64,000 bases of DNA from Clarias gariepinus (lineage: Eukaryota), in assembly GCF_024256425.1 (NCBI RefSeq), contig NC_071110.1:2316274-2380273 (forward strand), written 5' to 3'. The position numbers and the translations under genes are program-made. The notes beneath the pieces are model-generated. The model did no database searches and was not told where the DNA came from. It saw only the letters and a list, made by a program, of their open reading frames with translations. The first letter of the stretch is position 1. Every line of letters starts with the position of its first letter. Of this stretch, positions 11,519 through 24,699 are shown piece by piece.

Positions 11519-11752
11519 CTGGAGGAAGTGGACATGATCTTCTGTTTGTGAAAGCTTCTTTATCTCAGTGAGTCTTCTCTGAAGATCAGCAATCTCCTGC
11601 TCCAGTTGCTCCAGGAGTCGTTCAGCTCGACTCAGTTCAGCTTTCTCCTGAGCTCTGATCTTCTCCGTCACCTCCGAGCGCTTTTTCTCCATAGAGCTGA
11701 TCAGCTCAGTAAAGATCCTCTCATTGTCATCTACTGCTGCCTGTGCACGCAT
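11519..11752 (-). CDS. finTRIM-like gene B, exon 3 (234 nt, coiled-coil). It encodes MRAQAAVDDNERIFTELISSMEKKRSEVTEKIRAQEKAELSRAERLLEQLEQEIADLQRRLTEIKKLSQTEDHVHFLQ.
   Basis: It matches the six-frame ORF at 11501-11752, with an acceptor cag|ATG and a donor CAG|gtaaca. Confidence 0.75.
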
Positions 11753-11902
11753 CTGTTAGGACACACACACACACACACACACACATAGAGAGAGAGAGAA
11801 AGAGAGAAAGGGAGGGTCCTTTAAGCTTGATAACTTTCGTTTTCTTGGAAAAGAGGCGAAGAGAGAGGAGGAGAGTGTTTTTAAGGAAATCTCTTTTCTT
11901 AC

Positions 11903-11998
11903 TTTAATTGAGTCAACAGACTGTTTCAGCTTCTGCATCCTTTCAATCTTCGTTTGTATCCTCTGCTGGAATTGCAATTGCATTTCCTCTAGCTCAGG
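11903..11998 (-). CDS. finTRIM-like gene B, exon 2 (96 nt).
   Basis: It is homologous to gene A exon 2 and the reading frame is intact. Confidence 0.7.
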
Positions 11999-12895
11999 CT
12001 GAGATCAAATAAAATATTTTTAATTGTTCCTGTATCAATTGCTCAGTGTGTCAATATTATTAGCATTTAAAAATCTTAAATAATTCTTTTGATTGTGTAA
12101 CGCAGCTTTGTGACAATGACAGTTGTTAAAAGCGCTATACAAATAAATTTGAATTGAATAGAAAAAAAAACTTATTTCACAAATTGTAGGTTAATAATAA
12201 ATGATGATTGCAAGCTAAGGCATGCTTTATTTATTTATTCATTTTAAACCTGATTCCTGTAACAATACGACTACTGATATAGTATATTACAGTACATTAA
12301 GGTAGCCCAGAAGTTTCCACAATCCAATTACATGCATACATACACAAATCTTAGCATTTACCTGCATGAATAGTAAAACAAATGATATTTGTATGAAAGA
12401 TCACACGTGTTCTTCTTTTTTTCCCTTCCTAATGAACTTATTTACTACACATCTCCATCTTTCGTTCCTTTATTACTGACAAAGGTTCGGCATACTGTAA
12501 CTCTCCCCTAACCACATCACATGTAAATCGTTATGCTCATAGTGTACTATACATTTTCCTAATATAATAAAATAAATTGTTATGCGTAACAATTCAGAGT
12601 TTCTAATGAAAATCCACCTATTATAAACAAGCAACAAGCTTTAACACACTTCAAGTGGTGTTCACTTTAGTGGTAAAACACTGTTACAATGTTGCTGGAC
12701 TTGGCTGTGGCAGGTCAGACCTGCTTTACACTTCTTTATAAAAAGCCCTGTGTTCTAATAAAATAATAAATAAAAGCCCTCCACAACGAATGACTGAATA
12801 GAAATTATATTAGAACTCTAATATTGTTTTAATATAACTCTGCATTTTTTGCATACATTTACTTAAATAAAAGTACAATAACAATTAGTTCTTAC

Positions 12896-13270
12896 CTGTT
12901 TTTTACTTCTTTCTCCTTCAGCTACAACTGTATTATGGCCTTTATGTTCTTCTATCGCACATATAGGACAAATGAAGCTTCGGTCAGTACGACAGTAGAT
13001 CTCGATCAGTTTGTCATGCTTAGGACAGATCTTCTCTTGGAGCTCACAGGCTTTCATTTATTTGTGCTTCTTCAATTTAGGAGACTGATAGTGAGGTTTA
13101 AGATGATCTTTACAATAGGAGGTCTGACACACCAGGCAGGACTTAACCGCTTTGCGTTTTCTCCCGTTGCAGTAATCACACTCCACATCTCCAGGTCCAG
13201 TGTAACGATCAGCGAGAGAAGCAGTGTGGTCACCCAGACGCTGATTACTCGAAATACCAGCCATTTCCAT
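12896..13270 (-). pseudogene. finTRIM-like gene B, exon 1 (B-boxes only, no RING). An in-frame TAA at 13058-13060 changes KHK-L-MEA to KHK-stop. The gene is likely a pseudogene or a recently inactivated allele.
   Basis: The six-frame track splits this exon into ORFs at 13058-13270 and 12863-13057. Gene A has TTA (Leu) at the homologous codon. Confidence 0.65.
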
Positions 13271-13367
13271 GCACTAACACACCGAGAGTAAGAGAAAGAA
13301 ATAAAGTAAGAAAGAAAGAAAGCACACGAATGAGAGAGGTGGAAAGAGAAAGCGGAACTGTCAGGTA

Positions 13368-13379
13368 AGTTCCGTTTTC
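13368..13379 (-). promoter_or_regulatory. ISRE-like element (sense-strand GAAAACGGAACT) upstream of the gene B ATG. It is a weaker copy of the gene A motif.
   Basis: Direct reading. It has one mismatch to GAAANNGAAACT. Confidence 0.3.
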
Positions 13380-13439
13380 TTCAAGGTTTTTTGTTCTTCA
13401 GTAAAAAAAAAAAAAAAAAAAAAGGAGCAATGATTGCAT

Positions 13440-14202
13440 TATCCTGTTTATATACTCAGCAAAAAAAGAAACGTCCTCTGACTTTCAAATGTTTTTACTT
13501 TCAGTAAACTTAACGCGTAAATATTTGTATTAACACTAAAAGAGTCAACACCATAAGACATGTTTCACAATGTGTCCCTAAATGCCAGTCAGTATCTGGT
13601 GTGGCCACCAGCTGCTTGAAGTACTGCAGTGCATCTCCTCCTCATGGACTGCCTATTGCGGACAGTCTGAGCACTGATGGAGGGATTGTGTGTTCCTGGT
13701 GTGACTCGGGCAGTTGTTGTGGCCATCCTGTACCTGTCACGCAGGTGTGATATTCGGATGTACCCATCCTGTGCGGGTGTTGTTACACGTGGTTTTCCAC
13801 TGCGAGGACGATCAGCCGTCTTTCCTGTCTCCCAGTAGCGCTGTCTTAGGCGTCTCATGGTGCGGACATGGTGATTTATCGCCCTAGCTACATCAGCGGT
13901 CCTCATGCCTCCCTGCAGCATGCCTAATGCACGTTCACGCAGATGAGCAGGGACCCTGGGCATCTTTCTTTGGGTGTTTTTCACAGTCGGTAGACAAGTC
14001 TCTTTAGTGTCCTGCGTTTTTAAAACTGTGACTTTAAATGCCTACTTTCTGTAAGCTGTTAAGGTCTTAACGACCATTCCACAGGTGCATGCTAATTAAT
14101 AGATTATGGTTAATTGAACATGCATGGAAAACATTGTTTAAACGGTAAACAACTGTTTTAGCAACTTATCAAACATCGTATTTAACAAAATAATTACTAA
14201 TA
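13440..14202 (-). mobile_element. Tc1-like DNA transposon remnant. It is internally deleted and keeps the N-terminal part of the transposase ORF at 13589-13984. Its far end is separated from the rest by the BEL insertion.
   Basis: The ORF MPRVPAHLRERALGMLQGGMRTADVARAINHHVRTMRRLRQRYWETGKTADRPRSGKPRVTTPAQDGYI.. is a Tc1 helix-turn-helix N-terminal domain. TIR-like motif gacgtttcttt appears at 13458-13472 and in inverted orientation at 20922-20936. This block is absent from the paralogous position in copy A. Confidence 0.55.
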
Positions 14203-17200
14203 TATACTCTTTAACATGTTTAATGTCAAAGAAATGAACTTACAGCATTGCCTCTATGATGCCTCTTAGTGGATGCAATGGATTGTTGAGCACACTATGA
14301 CTATGTCATTGCCTTCACTCAGAACTGCGATTACACCGGAAGTGACTAAACAGGAAGTAACCAAACAGGAAGTGATGTCATCACATAAAAAATAATATGT
14401 TTACTAAATGAGGTAGATAAAGGAAAAGTCATTATAAACTTTATATTTCCACTTGAAAAAATGTACCAAAAAATTTAAAAGAAACTATTTACAAGTTAAA
14501 TTTCTTAAAGGACAAAACACTCCTTACCTGACCTATGTGAGGTCACTATAAACTTGACAGCGTGCTAAACCTAGTCTCTAGATCAGTCTTTGGGAAGAAG
14601 TAGAACGACTTCTGCAATTGGCCTTAGAAAGGTTTTGATATTGTCTTGGTCAGTTGTTGTGACCTCAACCTTTCTTACATGCCCGTCTTTCCAGGGTATA
14701 CGGCCGAGGTTCTGGCCATGGGCCAACAGTTGCGGGCTATCTGCTTGTCCCTAAGCAGAACTAGATCCCCCACTTGAAGGTTTCTGCGAGGTACTGTCCA
14801 CTTTTGTCTGTGTTGCAAGCAAGGTAAGTATTCACAGCTTCAGCGAGTCCAGAACTGGTTTGCAAGAGCTTGAACTTGTCTCCATTGCTTTGTGTACAGG
14901 TCTTTGTCCGAGAAGTCCCCGGGAGGAGGCAGAACTCCTGTCTTCTGTGTAAGGAGCACTGACTGTGAAAGTATGAATGTTTGTTCCGGATCTGCAGACA
15001 CAGGTAGGAGTGGTCGTGCATTTATAATAGCAGTCACTTTTGCCATTAGTGTGCAAAGGACTTCATGGGTTAAGCGAGTTTTCAGCTGCAGAAACATTGA
15101 ATCCAGGATTCTTCTGGCAATGCCGATCAGGCGCTCCCATGAGCCTCCCATGTGAGAACTGTGTGGTGGGTTGAATTCCCAGCTGCACTCTTGCTCACTG
15201 AGATACCTTTGCACTGTTTTGTCCATTCCAAGCTCCTTGCATGCTCCGATAAAATTGGTACCACAATCGGAACAAAGCCGTTTTGCAGAGCCTCTGAGTG
15301 CAAAGAAGTGCCTGAGAGCATTTATGCAACTTGACGTGTCCATAGACTCAATGATATCGATGTGCACAGCTCTTGAACTCATGCAGCACAACATAATGGC
15401 CCACTTCTTGCTCTCTGCCTGTCCTTCTCTGGTGCGTCGGCTTATGACTGACCAGGGACTGAATACATCGAGCCCTACATGTGTAAAGGGAGGGCAGACT
15501 TTGAGACGTTCAGATGGCAAGTCTGCCATGTTTTGTTCAAGCTTTCCACGCAGCTTGCAACAGGTTACGCATTTGTGTAGTACTAAATTAATTAGTGACT
15601 TCCCTCCCAAGATCCACAGTCCTGCTGCCTTGATTGCTCCTTCCGTCAGGTGACGGCCTTGATGTTTCACTTGCTCATGGTGATGTCGAGTGAGCAGTAG
15701 GGATACATGGCTATCTTTGGGAATAATTATTGTTTTTTTTTTTCCTAAGTTGTAACTTCAGAATACTTAAGTCTTCTTCCAACACAAATGAAATTGTCCT
15801 CCATGATCGGACTTAGTTTTCGCAAGCAGCTAGTTTTGGATACAGTTTGGTTAGCCTGGAGGGCTGACAGTTCTTTTGCAAATGCATCCTTTTGTGTTGC
15901 TTTAAGTATAACATTCCTTGCTTGGTCAAATTCGTCTGGAGTACAAGGTAAGTCACATCTGTGCCAACCTTTGCATTTGCTGTTTTGGTTTGTGTGGTTG
16001 AAGGATTTTGCCATGTGAACTAGAAATGCTACTCCTCTTACTAGGGAGGTGAAGGTAGAAAACCGTTGGAATCGGTTAGAGGTAAGCTCTGGTTCTTCAA
16101 GGTTAGTCGCACATGTTTGTATTTGTGGTCGGATTTCCAAGTCACTTTCAGGTTCAATTAGTTCAAATGTCTCTGTTATTTGTGTTCCTTCTGCAGATGG
16201 CTGAGGCAGGAATGAGGGGCCGGTGAACCAAGAAGTCTGAGCCAGATGGGATGCAGGTAAAGATCGCGACGCATGATCTGCAGGGTTTTCTTCTGTACGT
16301 ACGTAGTGCCACTGCTCACGTCTTAAAGACTGATGAATGCGTTGGACTCTATTGTGAACGTACACATAGAATCGTTTTGACACATTATAAATGTAGCCAA
16401 GCACTACTTTGCTGTCAGTAAAGAAATTTAAGTCACTTAACTCAAGATCTAACTCATCCTTAATGAGATCTGCCATCTCTACTGCTAAGACCGCAGCACA
16501 CAGCTCAAGCCGTGGGATTGTAGGTTCGGAGAGGGGTGCCAGTTTTGCCTTGCCCATAACAAATCCTACCTCAACCTGCACATCTTTCTGAGATGCTTTC
16601 AGATATGCTACTGCACCTATGGCCTTAGTTGATGCATCTGAGAATACACACAATTCTGTGTGCACCGCTTCAATTAGTGAGGTTGTTGTGTATGTACGTG
16701 GAACAAGAAGCTGTTCTAGGTTTTGGAGAGAATCTCTCCAGGCTTCCCATTTACTCAGTTTAGGGAGGAATGTGTCCCAATCTGACTGTTTAGAGGCAAG
16801 TTCTCTAAAAAGGGCTTTTCCCTGAATCGTGACAGGTGCCACCAGACCTAGAGGATCAAAAACACTGTTGACAGTGGAGAGGACTCCGCGACGGGTAAAT
16901 GACTTGGTAATGGTCGATGCAGAGTAAGTGAATGTGTCAATCGTGATCTCCCATAGCAGCCCTAAACTCCTTTGTGTGGGTGAAGTTTCTCCACTCAGAT
17001 CTAGGTCCTTAATTACTGGAGCACAATCTTCTAGCGGAAAAGCTTTTATGACTGTCTGAGAGTTCGAAGCAAACTTATGCAAACGGAGGTTTGACTCGGC
17101 TAGTGACGCCTGTGTACGCTGGAGCAGATCGATTGCTTCAGCTTCGGATGGAACGGATATCAAACCATCATCAACATAGAAACATCTTTCCACAAACTTG

Positions 17201-20200
17201 ACGGTATCAGCACCATACTCCTGTGCACCTTCTCTGATGGCTCTCCACAACCCATAAATGGCCACGGCGGGAGATGGCTGATTGCCAAAGACATGGACCT
17301 TCATTCAATACTCGATAATTTCCTTGTTGACGTCATTGACCTTGGCCATAGGAATCGAAAGAAGTTACGATGGTCATCACACACCAAGATACAATGGAAC
17401 ATCTGTTGAATGTCCGCTAGGATGGCAACCCTCTCTTTTCGAAATCTTAGCAGGACGCCAACAAGGGAGTTATTGAGGTTGGGACCTGTGAGGAGCACAT
17501 AATTGAGCGAGATGTCCGCGCAACGAGCACTGGAAATAAAGACCACCCTGATCTGCTTGGGTTTTTGAGGATGATAGACCCCAAATGTAGGAAGATACTG
17601 TTACATCCCTAGGGATGTATGCATATTAATATTTATTTGGGGTGTTGTTTTTTTCCCGCCCTTTGGGTGTGGCTGCTGGTTCCTTTGCTGTGTGCTCTTT
17701 TACTCTCTCTGCTTGCTTGGCAGTTAAATGCTCCCAGGTGATGCCAATCAGGGGGTGGCTACAGACGGTGCTGCTACAAAAGATCAGTGCACGCATTCCC
17801 GAGGAGAAGCTCATTTCTCCCCTGCTCCAGAATTGTGTTAGGGGGCCTGCTATCAGATAATTGTTGTTGTGGTGCAAGTATCAATGATTATAGATAATGG
17901 TTCAGTGAGTAGGTTGTATGTTTATTTTCTCTAGTTGGTGCAACCTACTTTAATATATATTTTCTTTGTTAGTGGTACTAAGAGGTATTGTAACTTTTTT
18001 TTTCTTTTTGTTATAGTTAAATGGGAAGACGTAGGGAGAGGGTGCCCTTTTATTTTGTTTAACCCATGTTTATCCCTGTTTTTCAGTTAGTAAGGGAGTG
18101 GACGAAAGCCTTTGTTGATTATTTCTTTTATTTTACTCGGTTAGGTTATTTAGTTATCCCCTTAAACAGCTAAAGTGTGTTTTGTTTGTTATGTTGGCCT
18201 TGACCCTCTCCTGAAATCATTTATTGCTCCAATGTTTTAGTACCTATAAATAAACCCTTGCTTAATTATCAAAAAGTGTTGTTGCATTTCTGGGGCAGTG
18301 GACTGAAGTGATCCTTCCACATTTTTTTTGTTAATTTCTTCCTTATAAGTTTAATTTCTTTTGTTACCCTCACTCCCACCCCTGGATCGAAGAATTCAGG
18401 TCTGGCTAATGAACTATTGCTCTGGTCGTATAGAATTACGTAGGCTTTGATGGCCATGTCTTTGGAACCTTCTGGGTACAGCTTTACAAGGCAGATTTTT
18501 GAGCATGAGCGGCCCCACTGACTTGGACCACAAACTTTTGTACAGCTTATATTGACTACAGCGTTATTAGAATTATCTTCTCTCTCCCCGCCATCCTCTT
18601 GTGATGGTGAAGGAGCCTTGACTGCTTGGGGTGATGGGCCAGGGTGCATGGCCACATCATGATAAATGCTTCCACATTCGGAGCATTCCACGGATTATGC
18701 ATTCCTTGGCGAGGTGAGAAATCGAAGAACAGCATTTGAAACATATTCCTTTCTCCTTGAGGAATGCCTTTCTGAAATCGAGAGGTTTGTTTCTAAATGT
18801 TCTGCATTTTTTTCAAGGGGTGCAGTTTATTGTGTAATGGACAGATTTTGTTAGGATCATCACCGGTTGCACATACATCTGTTTTGTGAACTGAGATGGA
18901 TTTGTTGGTTTGGAAACTCTTCACGATGGATCTGTCTGGTTTTGCAGTTGTAACACTGCTTTGATGCATAAAGCTTGGATCATTTCATTTTTTTGCTTCG
19001 TAGCACACAAAGTTACAGAAATCCTCAAAGGGAGGAAAGCGACCATAATTCCCTTCTTTGTAGCATGACCCAGAAGTCACCCACTTGTCCTGAAGTCCAT
19101 ATGGAAGCTTATCTATAATTGGTGCAATTCCACGTAAAGTGTCAAGGTATGACAGACCTGTGAGATAACCATCCTCTTTAGCTTCCTGGATTTTCATAAG
19201 CAAATCCCCCAGTTCACGTAATTGAATGTGGTCTTTAGCTGAAAACCTAGGAAAACTGTCCAATCGTTGATTCAGTGATCTTTCGATGATTTCTGGTGCA
19301 GCATAGCACTCATGTAGTCTTTCCCATGCTTTTTGTAGAGCCAGATTGGGATTATTGACATGCACTGAGCGGATCCGTTTCACTATTTCGCCAGATTACT
19401 TTCCCAGCCATTTCGTCATGAGGTCTAATTCCTGGGTTGCTGTGAGGTGAACTTTACGAGCTGCACTTGTGAATGAAGAATACCATGACCGATAATTTTC
19501 AGGCTTGTCATCAAATTGGTACAGTCCTGAATTAACAAGGTCTCGCCGAGCTAAATACTGTGCCAAAGGCTCTGCCTGTGGTGGCGTGCTATCTAGAGAA
19601 ATGTACTGAGCAGTGTAAGACTTGGCAGGTGTATTCATGATGGGGCTGGTCCTCCCAACTTCAGACTTAATCACACCTTCAGACAGATCAGAGAGGTATG
19701 TTGCAGGTAAGTGCATACTATCTGCTTTTTCAGACTTCGGCTTGTTTTTGGTAAACTGTGCGTTTTTAATGTCTTTCACAGCTGGACTCCACGTTATGAA
19801 GCTGTTATGTAAGTCGCCATGAAATGGAGGAGCAACGGGCAGAGCCGACAAGCGTGGAGAAGGAGAATGATTCTGAAGGTTGATTTAAGAATTGACATAT
19901 TCACTGGTACGTTCAATTTTAACTTTCTCTGATTCAGATCCTCCTCTTTCAACTGCGGCATGCATTGCTACTTCAGCATCTTCCAGCACTTGTGCCTCCA
20001 CAGCAGCTGCATCAGCTTCCCGTTGTAGTGTCAACACTTCTAACTCGGTGTCTATTCTTACTGTTTCCAGCTGATTTTGAGCTTCTCTTGTGGCCTTTTC
20101 CATTTTCAGTTTAGCCTCTTGGCTGGCATATGATGCTCCCACTTTGGCCGCTTCAGCTCTGGCCCGTGCAACTGGTCGTTGATCCGGATGACTTGCCACT

Positions 20201-20878
20201 TCTTGTGCTGCACACAGACGACTTGCTACTTGTGGCCATTTTAACCACTATTTCAATAAATAATGCCTTTTCACAATAATGTTCTCGTGCAGAGTGTTGA
20301 ACTCTGACTTAACACCAAGTTAAACCGTAGCCAATGAAGACAGAGTTGTGGTAACATCGATCATTTACTGTCACTCTTCATCATTAACATTTACAGTGAA
20401 AACTGTAATAAAACAATAGAGCAATATTCAGTGTCCGTGTCTTACATTGCATTACTATGCCTGTCTATAACAAACTACTGTTCTCCTTTAAATGGCAATT
20501 ACAATGGCTATTAGCATCACTGAAAGCTTGCACTCAACAGTAAATTACTAATATATACTCTTTAACATGTTTAATGTCAAAGAAATGAACTTACAGCATT
20601 GGCTCTATAATGCCTCTTAGTGGATGCAATGGATTGTTGAGCACACTATGACTATGTCATTGCCTTCACTCAGAACTGCGATTACACCGGAAGTGACTAA
20701 ACAGGAAGTAACCAAACAGGAAGTGATGTAATCATATAAAACGAATAATATGTTTACAAAATGAGGCAGATAAAGGAAAAGTCATTATAAACTTTACATT
20801 TCCACTTGAGAAAAATGTACCAAAAAATATTAAAAGAAACTATTTACAAGGTAAATTTCTTAAAGGACAAAACAGTAT
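14203..20878 (-). mobile_element. BEL/Pao-family LTR retrotransposon, about 6.7 kb, with LTRs at 14203-14525 and 20539-20878. The gag-pol region is broken into at least 7 ORFs by frameshifts. It is nested inside the Tc1-like remnant.
   Basis: Direct repeats of about 330 bp are read at both ends and are roughly 95-97% identical by eye. The ORFs give an integrase DDE core (14840-15670), RT with FYVDDGL plus RNase H (15745-17304), and gag-like coiled-coil and capsid segments (18269-20199). Confidence 0.85.
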
Positions 20879-22174
20879 AGTTATTTGGATTTTTACAACA
20901 TTATTGTTGAAATACACAGTCCTAAAAAAGGGACGTTTCTTTAATCCTTGAAAATGCCAAAGGGTCCCCGCAGCTCTTTGTCCAATATCTTGCCAGTTTT
21001 TTTGCTTGAGTATGTTTGGGCATGTCAGGGAACTTGTTTGTTCTATGAATTAATTAAATCTTTGAAAAATGCCAAAGGGTCATGCAGAAAATAATAATTT
21101 TAAGAGATTTCCTGTTAGAACATTTTTCTCATATAAAATGTGGTTCAATTTCACTGTTTTGGCCAACAATGTACATACTTTTAAATTTATAAAGTGATGT
21201 CATTGCTGCATACCTTTTATCTTTGGTCATTTTTTTTCTTTCCTTAATTTTTTTTTTAAACTAGGCACCTAATGGCTTTAAGTTTTTTTTTATTATTATT
21301 ATTTTATTCAATGTCCTCAGGACATTACCCACCCCAATTAAGAGAGAAGATTAAACCCCTGCATCTTGGGCATGTGTACGTAGACTGGTTATATATAATT
21401 CCTAATGATTTCACACAAAACAGAAAAATGAATTATGCCCATAAAACTATACAGTACAGAATATATTCACAGCAGTATGAATGAACTGTTGTTTATTTTG
21501 TAGCGATTTGTAACATGAAAGTAATTGATACATTATGCCATGTGTTCAGAAAGGTTATACTTAAAATAATGAGTAAAGTACTTGTAACTCTAATAGCTAC
21601 ATAAGCACAACACTTGAGTTCATCACATTCTCCTCTTCTGTACAGGGAAATGATCAGGGTCCTTAAAGTAAGCAGACATGGGACGCATTTGAAGCTAACT
21701 TAAGCTACAGTAACCTGCATATCCTATACCATCTTATACATGCATTTAAAATGTCACCATAAAATGCACATACAATTACAGGAGATGCTCTCAATCTTAA
21801 TAACGTTAGTATTTAATATTATCTTACCAGTCGCTCGCAGGCTCTCTGCTGGACCAGACTCCACGTTGTCCAGTTCAGGTGATAAAGGTAGATGGTGTCG
21901 TGGGACTCGATCACACTGGATGCTATTTATTTTTATTAAAATATTTATCTTTTCGTATTCCCCACTTCAGTATCACACCATATGTTGTGTGCAGCTTGAG
22001 CCGCACTTTGTTCAGCTCTTTGCTATTGTTTAATCAGCAAAATTACCATCATTGAGTTCTTTAGTTATAATAGAGACACCCTTGTTTCTATTGGTGTACA
22101 ATGTACTCACAATTCAACTTTTTTTACTCCGGATCTGAGCTGGCCGAGTGAGATCCTGAGGTAGAACAAAATTT

Positions 22175-24660
22175 TCAAATTCAAATTTTATTTGTCACAT
22201 ACAAAGTCATACACAGTATGATATGCAGTAAAATGCTTATACGACCGCCGGCGACCATAAAAAGAAAACAAAAAACTATATATAGGGAATAAATATCAAT
22301 AAAAGAAATAAAATACAAAGGAAAATAAATGTAACTAGTAAAATTAACAACTGTACAAATGATGGCATGTAAAAATATCACAAAAATTGAATTTTGGAAT
22401 ATGGGGGGGGAATATATATATAAAACTTTTTTTAAATGTTTTAAAGTGGCATTAAAATGTCTTAAAGTGTCAGAGTGGCAAAGTGTCATGTGCAATGGCA
22501 GGTAAACATGTATTGTATAAAGTGACATGTGCAATGGCTTCAGATATGTAAATATGTATTGCATGAATGTGTCCATGATTGTCCAGTCAGTGTCAATGTT
22601 TAAAAGACATTACTCCTGTGTGGTGTGATGTGATTGAGAGACCTTATCGCCTGCGGGAAGAAGCTCCTCCTCAGTCTCTCTGTGTTGGCCTTCAGGGAGC
22701 GGAATCGCTTCCCAGACCGCAACAGAGAAAACAGTCCATTGTTGGGATGGCTGAGGTCCTTCACAATCTTTCTGGCCTTGGTCCAGCACCACTTGCTGTA
22801 GATTAAGTGCAGGTCAGGGAGCTCGGTGCGGATGATGCGCTCAGCTGATCGCACCACCCTCTGTAGAGCTCGTCTGTCCTGCATGGTGCTGTTTCCAAAC
22901 CAGGTCGTAATGTTTCCCGTCAGGATGGTCTCTATGGTACAGGAGTAGAAATTCCTGAGCACCTTAGAGGGCAGTCTAAAGTCTCTCAAGCGTCTGAGGT
23001 GGTAGAGACGCTGCCGGGCTTTTTTTACCACGGTGTTGATGTGACAGGACCATGACAGGTCCTGCGTGATGTGAACACCGAGGTATCGGAAGCTGTCCAC
23101 TCTCTCCACTGGGCTTCTGTTGATGATGGGGGTCTGGTAGTTCCTCTCCTGCTTTGTACTAAAGTCCACTATCAGCTACTTTGTCTTGCTGACGTTCAGG
23201 AGGAGATTGTTCGTCTGGCACCAGTTCTCCAGGTTTCCAATCTCCTCTAGATAGGCCGACTGATCATTGTTGGTGATCAGGCCCACCACGACTGTAAGCA
23301 GCAAACTTGATGATGGCGGTGGAGTTGGTAGTGGCCACACAGTCGTGGGTGTACAAAGAGTACAGCAGGGGGCTCAGAACACAACCCTGAGGGGCTCCAG
23401 TGCTGAGAGTGAGTGAGGCTGAGACATGTCCGCCCATCCTTACTGCCTGTGGTCTGCCAGTCAGAAAATTGGAGATCCACTGACACATGGATGAGCTGAG
23501 TCCCAAGTGCTCCAGCTTGGTGGTGAGTGTGGAGGAAATTATGGTATTAAATGCAGAGCTGTAGTCGATGAAGAGCATTTTAACATAATTACCTTTCCTA
23601 GTGTCCAGGTAAGTAAGTGATGTGTAAAGGAGATGAGAGATTGCATCGTCTGTGGAACGGTTCTGGCGGTATGCAAACTGTAGTGGGTCGAGTGTGTCCG
23701 GTAGTGAAGAAATGATAGTCATTCAACGTCCTGACCAGGCGTTCAAAGCACTTCATCACTACTGAGGTGAGGGCTACAGGGCGATAGTCATTGAGAGAAG
23801 CAGGATGAGGTTTCTTTGGGACAGAAACAATGATGGACTCTTTGAACCATGTGGGGATCACTGACTAAGATAAAGAGATGTTAAATATCTCAGTGAACAC
23901 AGGTGCTAGCTGGTCTGCGCAGGCTCTGAGGATACGGCCTGAAATGCCGTCTGGTCCTGCTGCTTTCCTGGTGTTTACTCTCTTGAAGGCTCTTGAAAAA
24001 GTTGTGACTAGTTTCCTCCCGTAGCGCTGCTTCGCCTCTTTCACCGCCTTCCAGACGTTGTATGACGCAGCCTTGTATGGTTCCATGTCCCCCGACGCAA
24101 GTCCCGTGTTGTAGGCAGCGGTGCGAGATCTCAGAGCGTCGCAGATGGTTTTATCCACCCACGGCTTCTGGTTGGGAAACATTCTAATAGTCTTTTTCTC
24201 CACGGTATCATGCGCTAGTTTCCCAATGAATCCCACAACAGCTTCCGTAAACACGCTGACTTCATCATCGGAGCTGTTTCGGAACATGTCCCAGTCTGCG
24301 TCATCGAGTGCGTCCTGTAACGCGGCCACCGATTGGTCCGTCCAGCGCGCGACCCCGCTCTGAACCGTAACTTTCTGTTTCAGCCTTTGTTTGTATTTTG
24401 GCATGAGGAAGATGGCGGCGGGGTCGGATTTACCAAACGGAGGGCGAGATTGTGCCTTGTAGCCGTCCTTGACCGTTGTATAACAATGATCCAGTGTCCT
24501 TTCACCCCTGGTGGGGCAGATGATGTGTTGATAAAAGTTCTGCGCTGTGCGTTTGAGGTTGGCACTGTTAAAGTCCCCTGCCACAATAAGCGCAGCGTCC
24601 CAGTGTTGTGTTTGGTGCTGTGTGAGTGCCTCATGCAGCTCACATAAGGCAGTGTCCGTG
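22175..24660 (-). mobile_element. L2-like non-LTR retrotransposon, 5'-truncated. It includes the C-terminal part of the endonuclease, the RT and the 3' UTR.
   Basis: The ORFs show the endonuclease GDFN motif (23865-24584), RT motifs [34 protein letters not shown] and KFA (23264-23722), and the RT C-terminal RYLGVHITQDLSW..KKARQRLYHLRRL (22600-23169). Confidence 0.85.
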
Positions 24661-24699
24661 TCCGCTTGTGGTGGAATTCAAACGGCGCTGATTATAACC

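Noticed and set aside
22181-22576. A 131-aa minus-strand ORF
   Set aside because: It lies in the AT-rich 3' UTR of the L2-like LINE. Its content is hydrophobic low-complexity and there is no homology signal.
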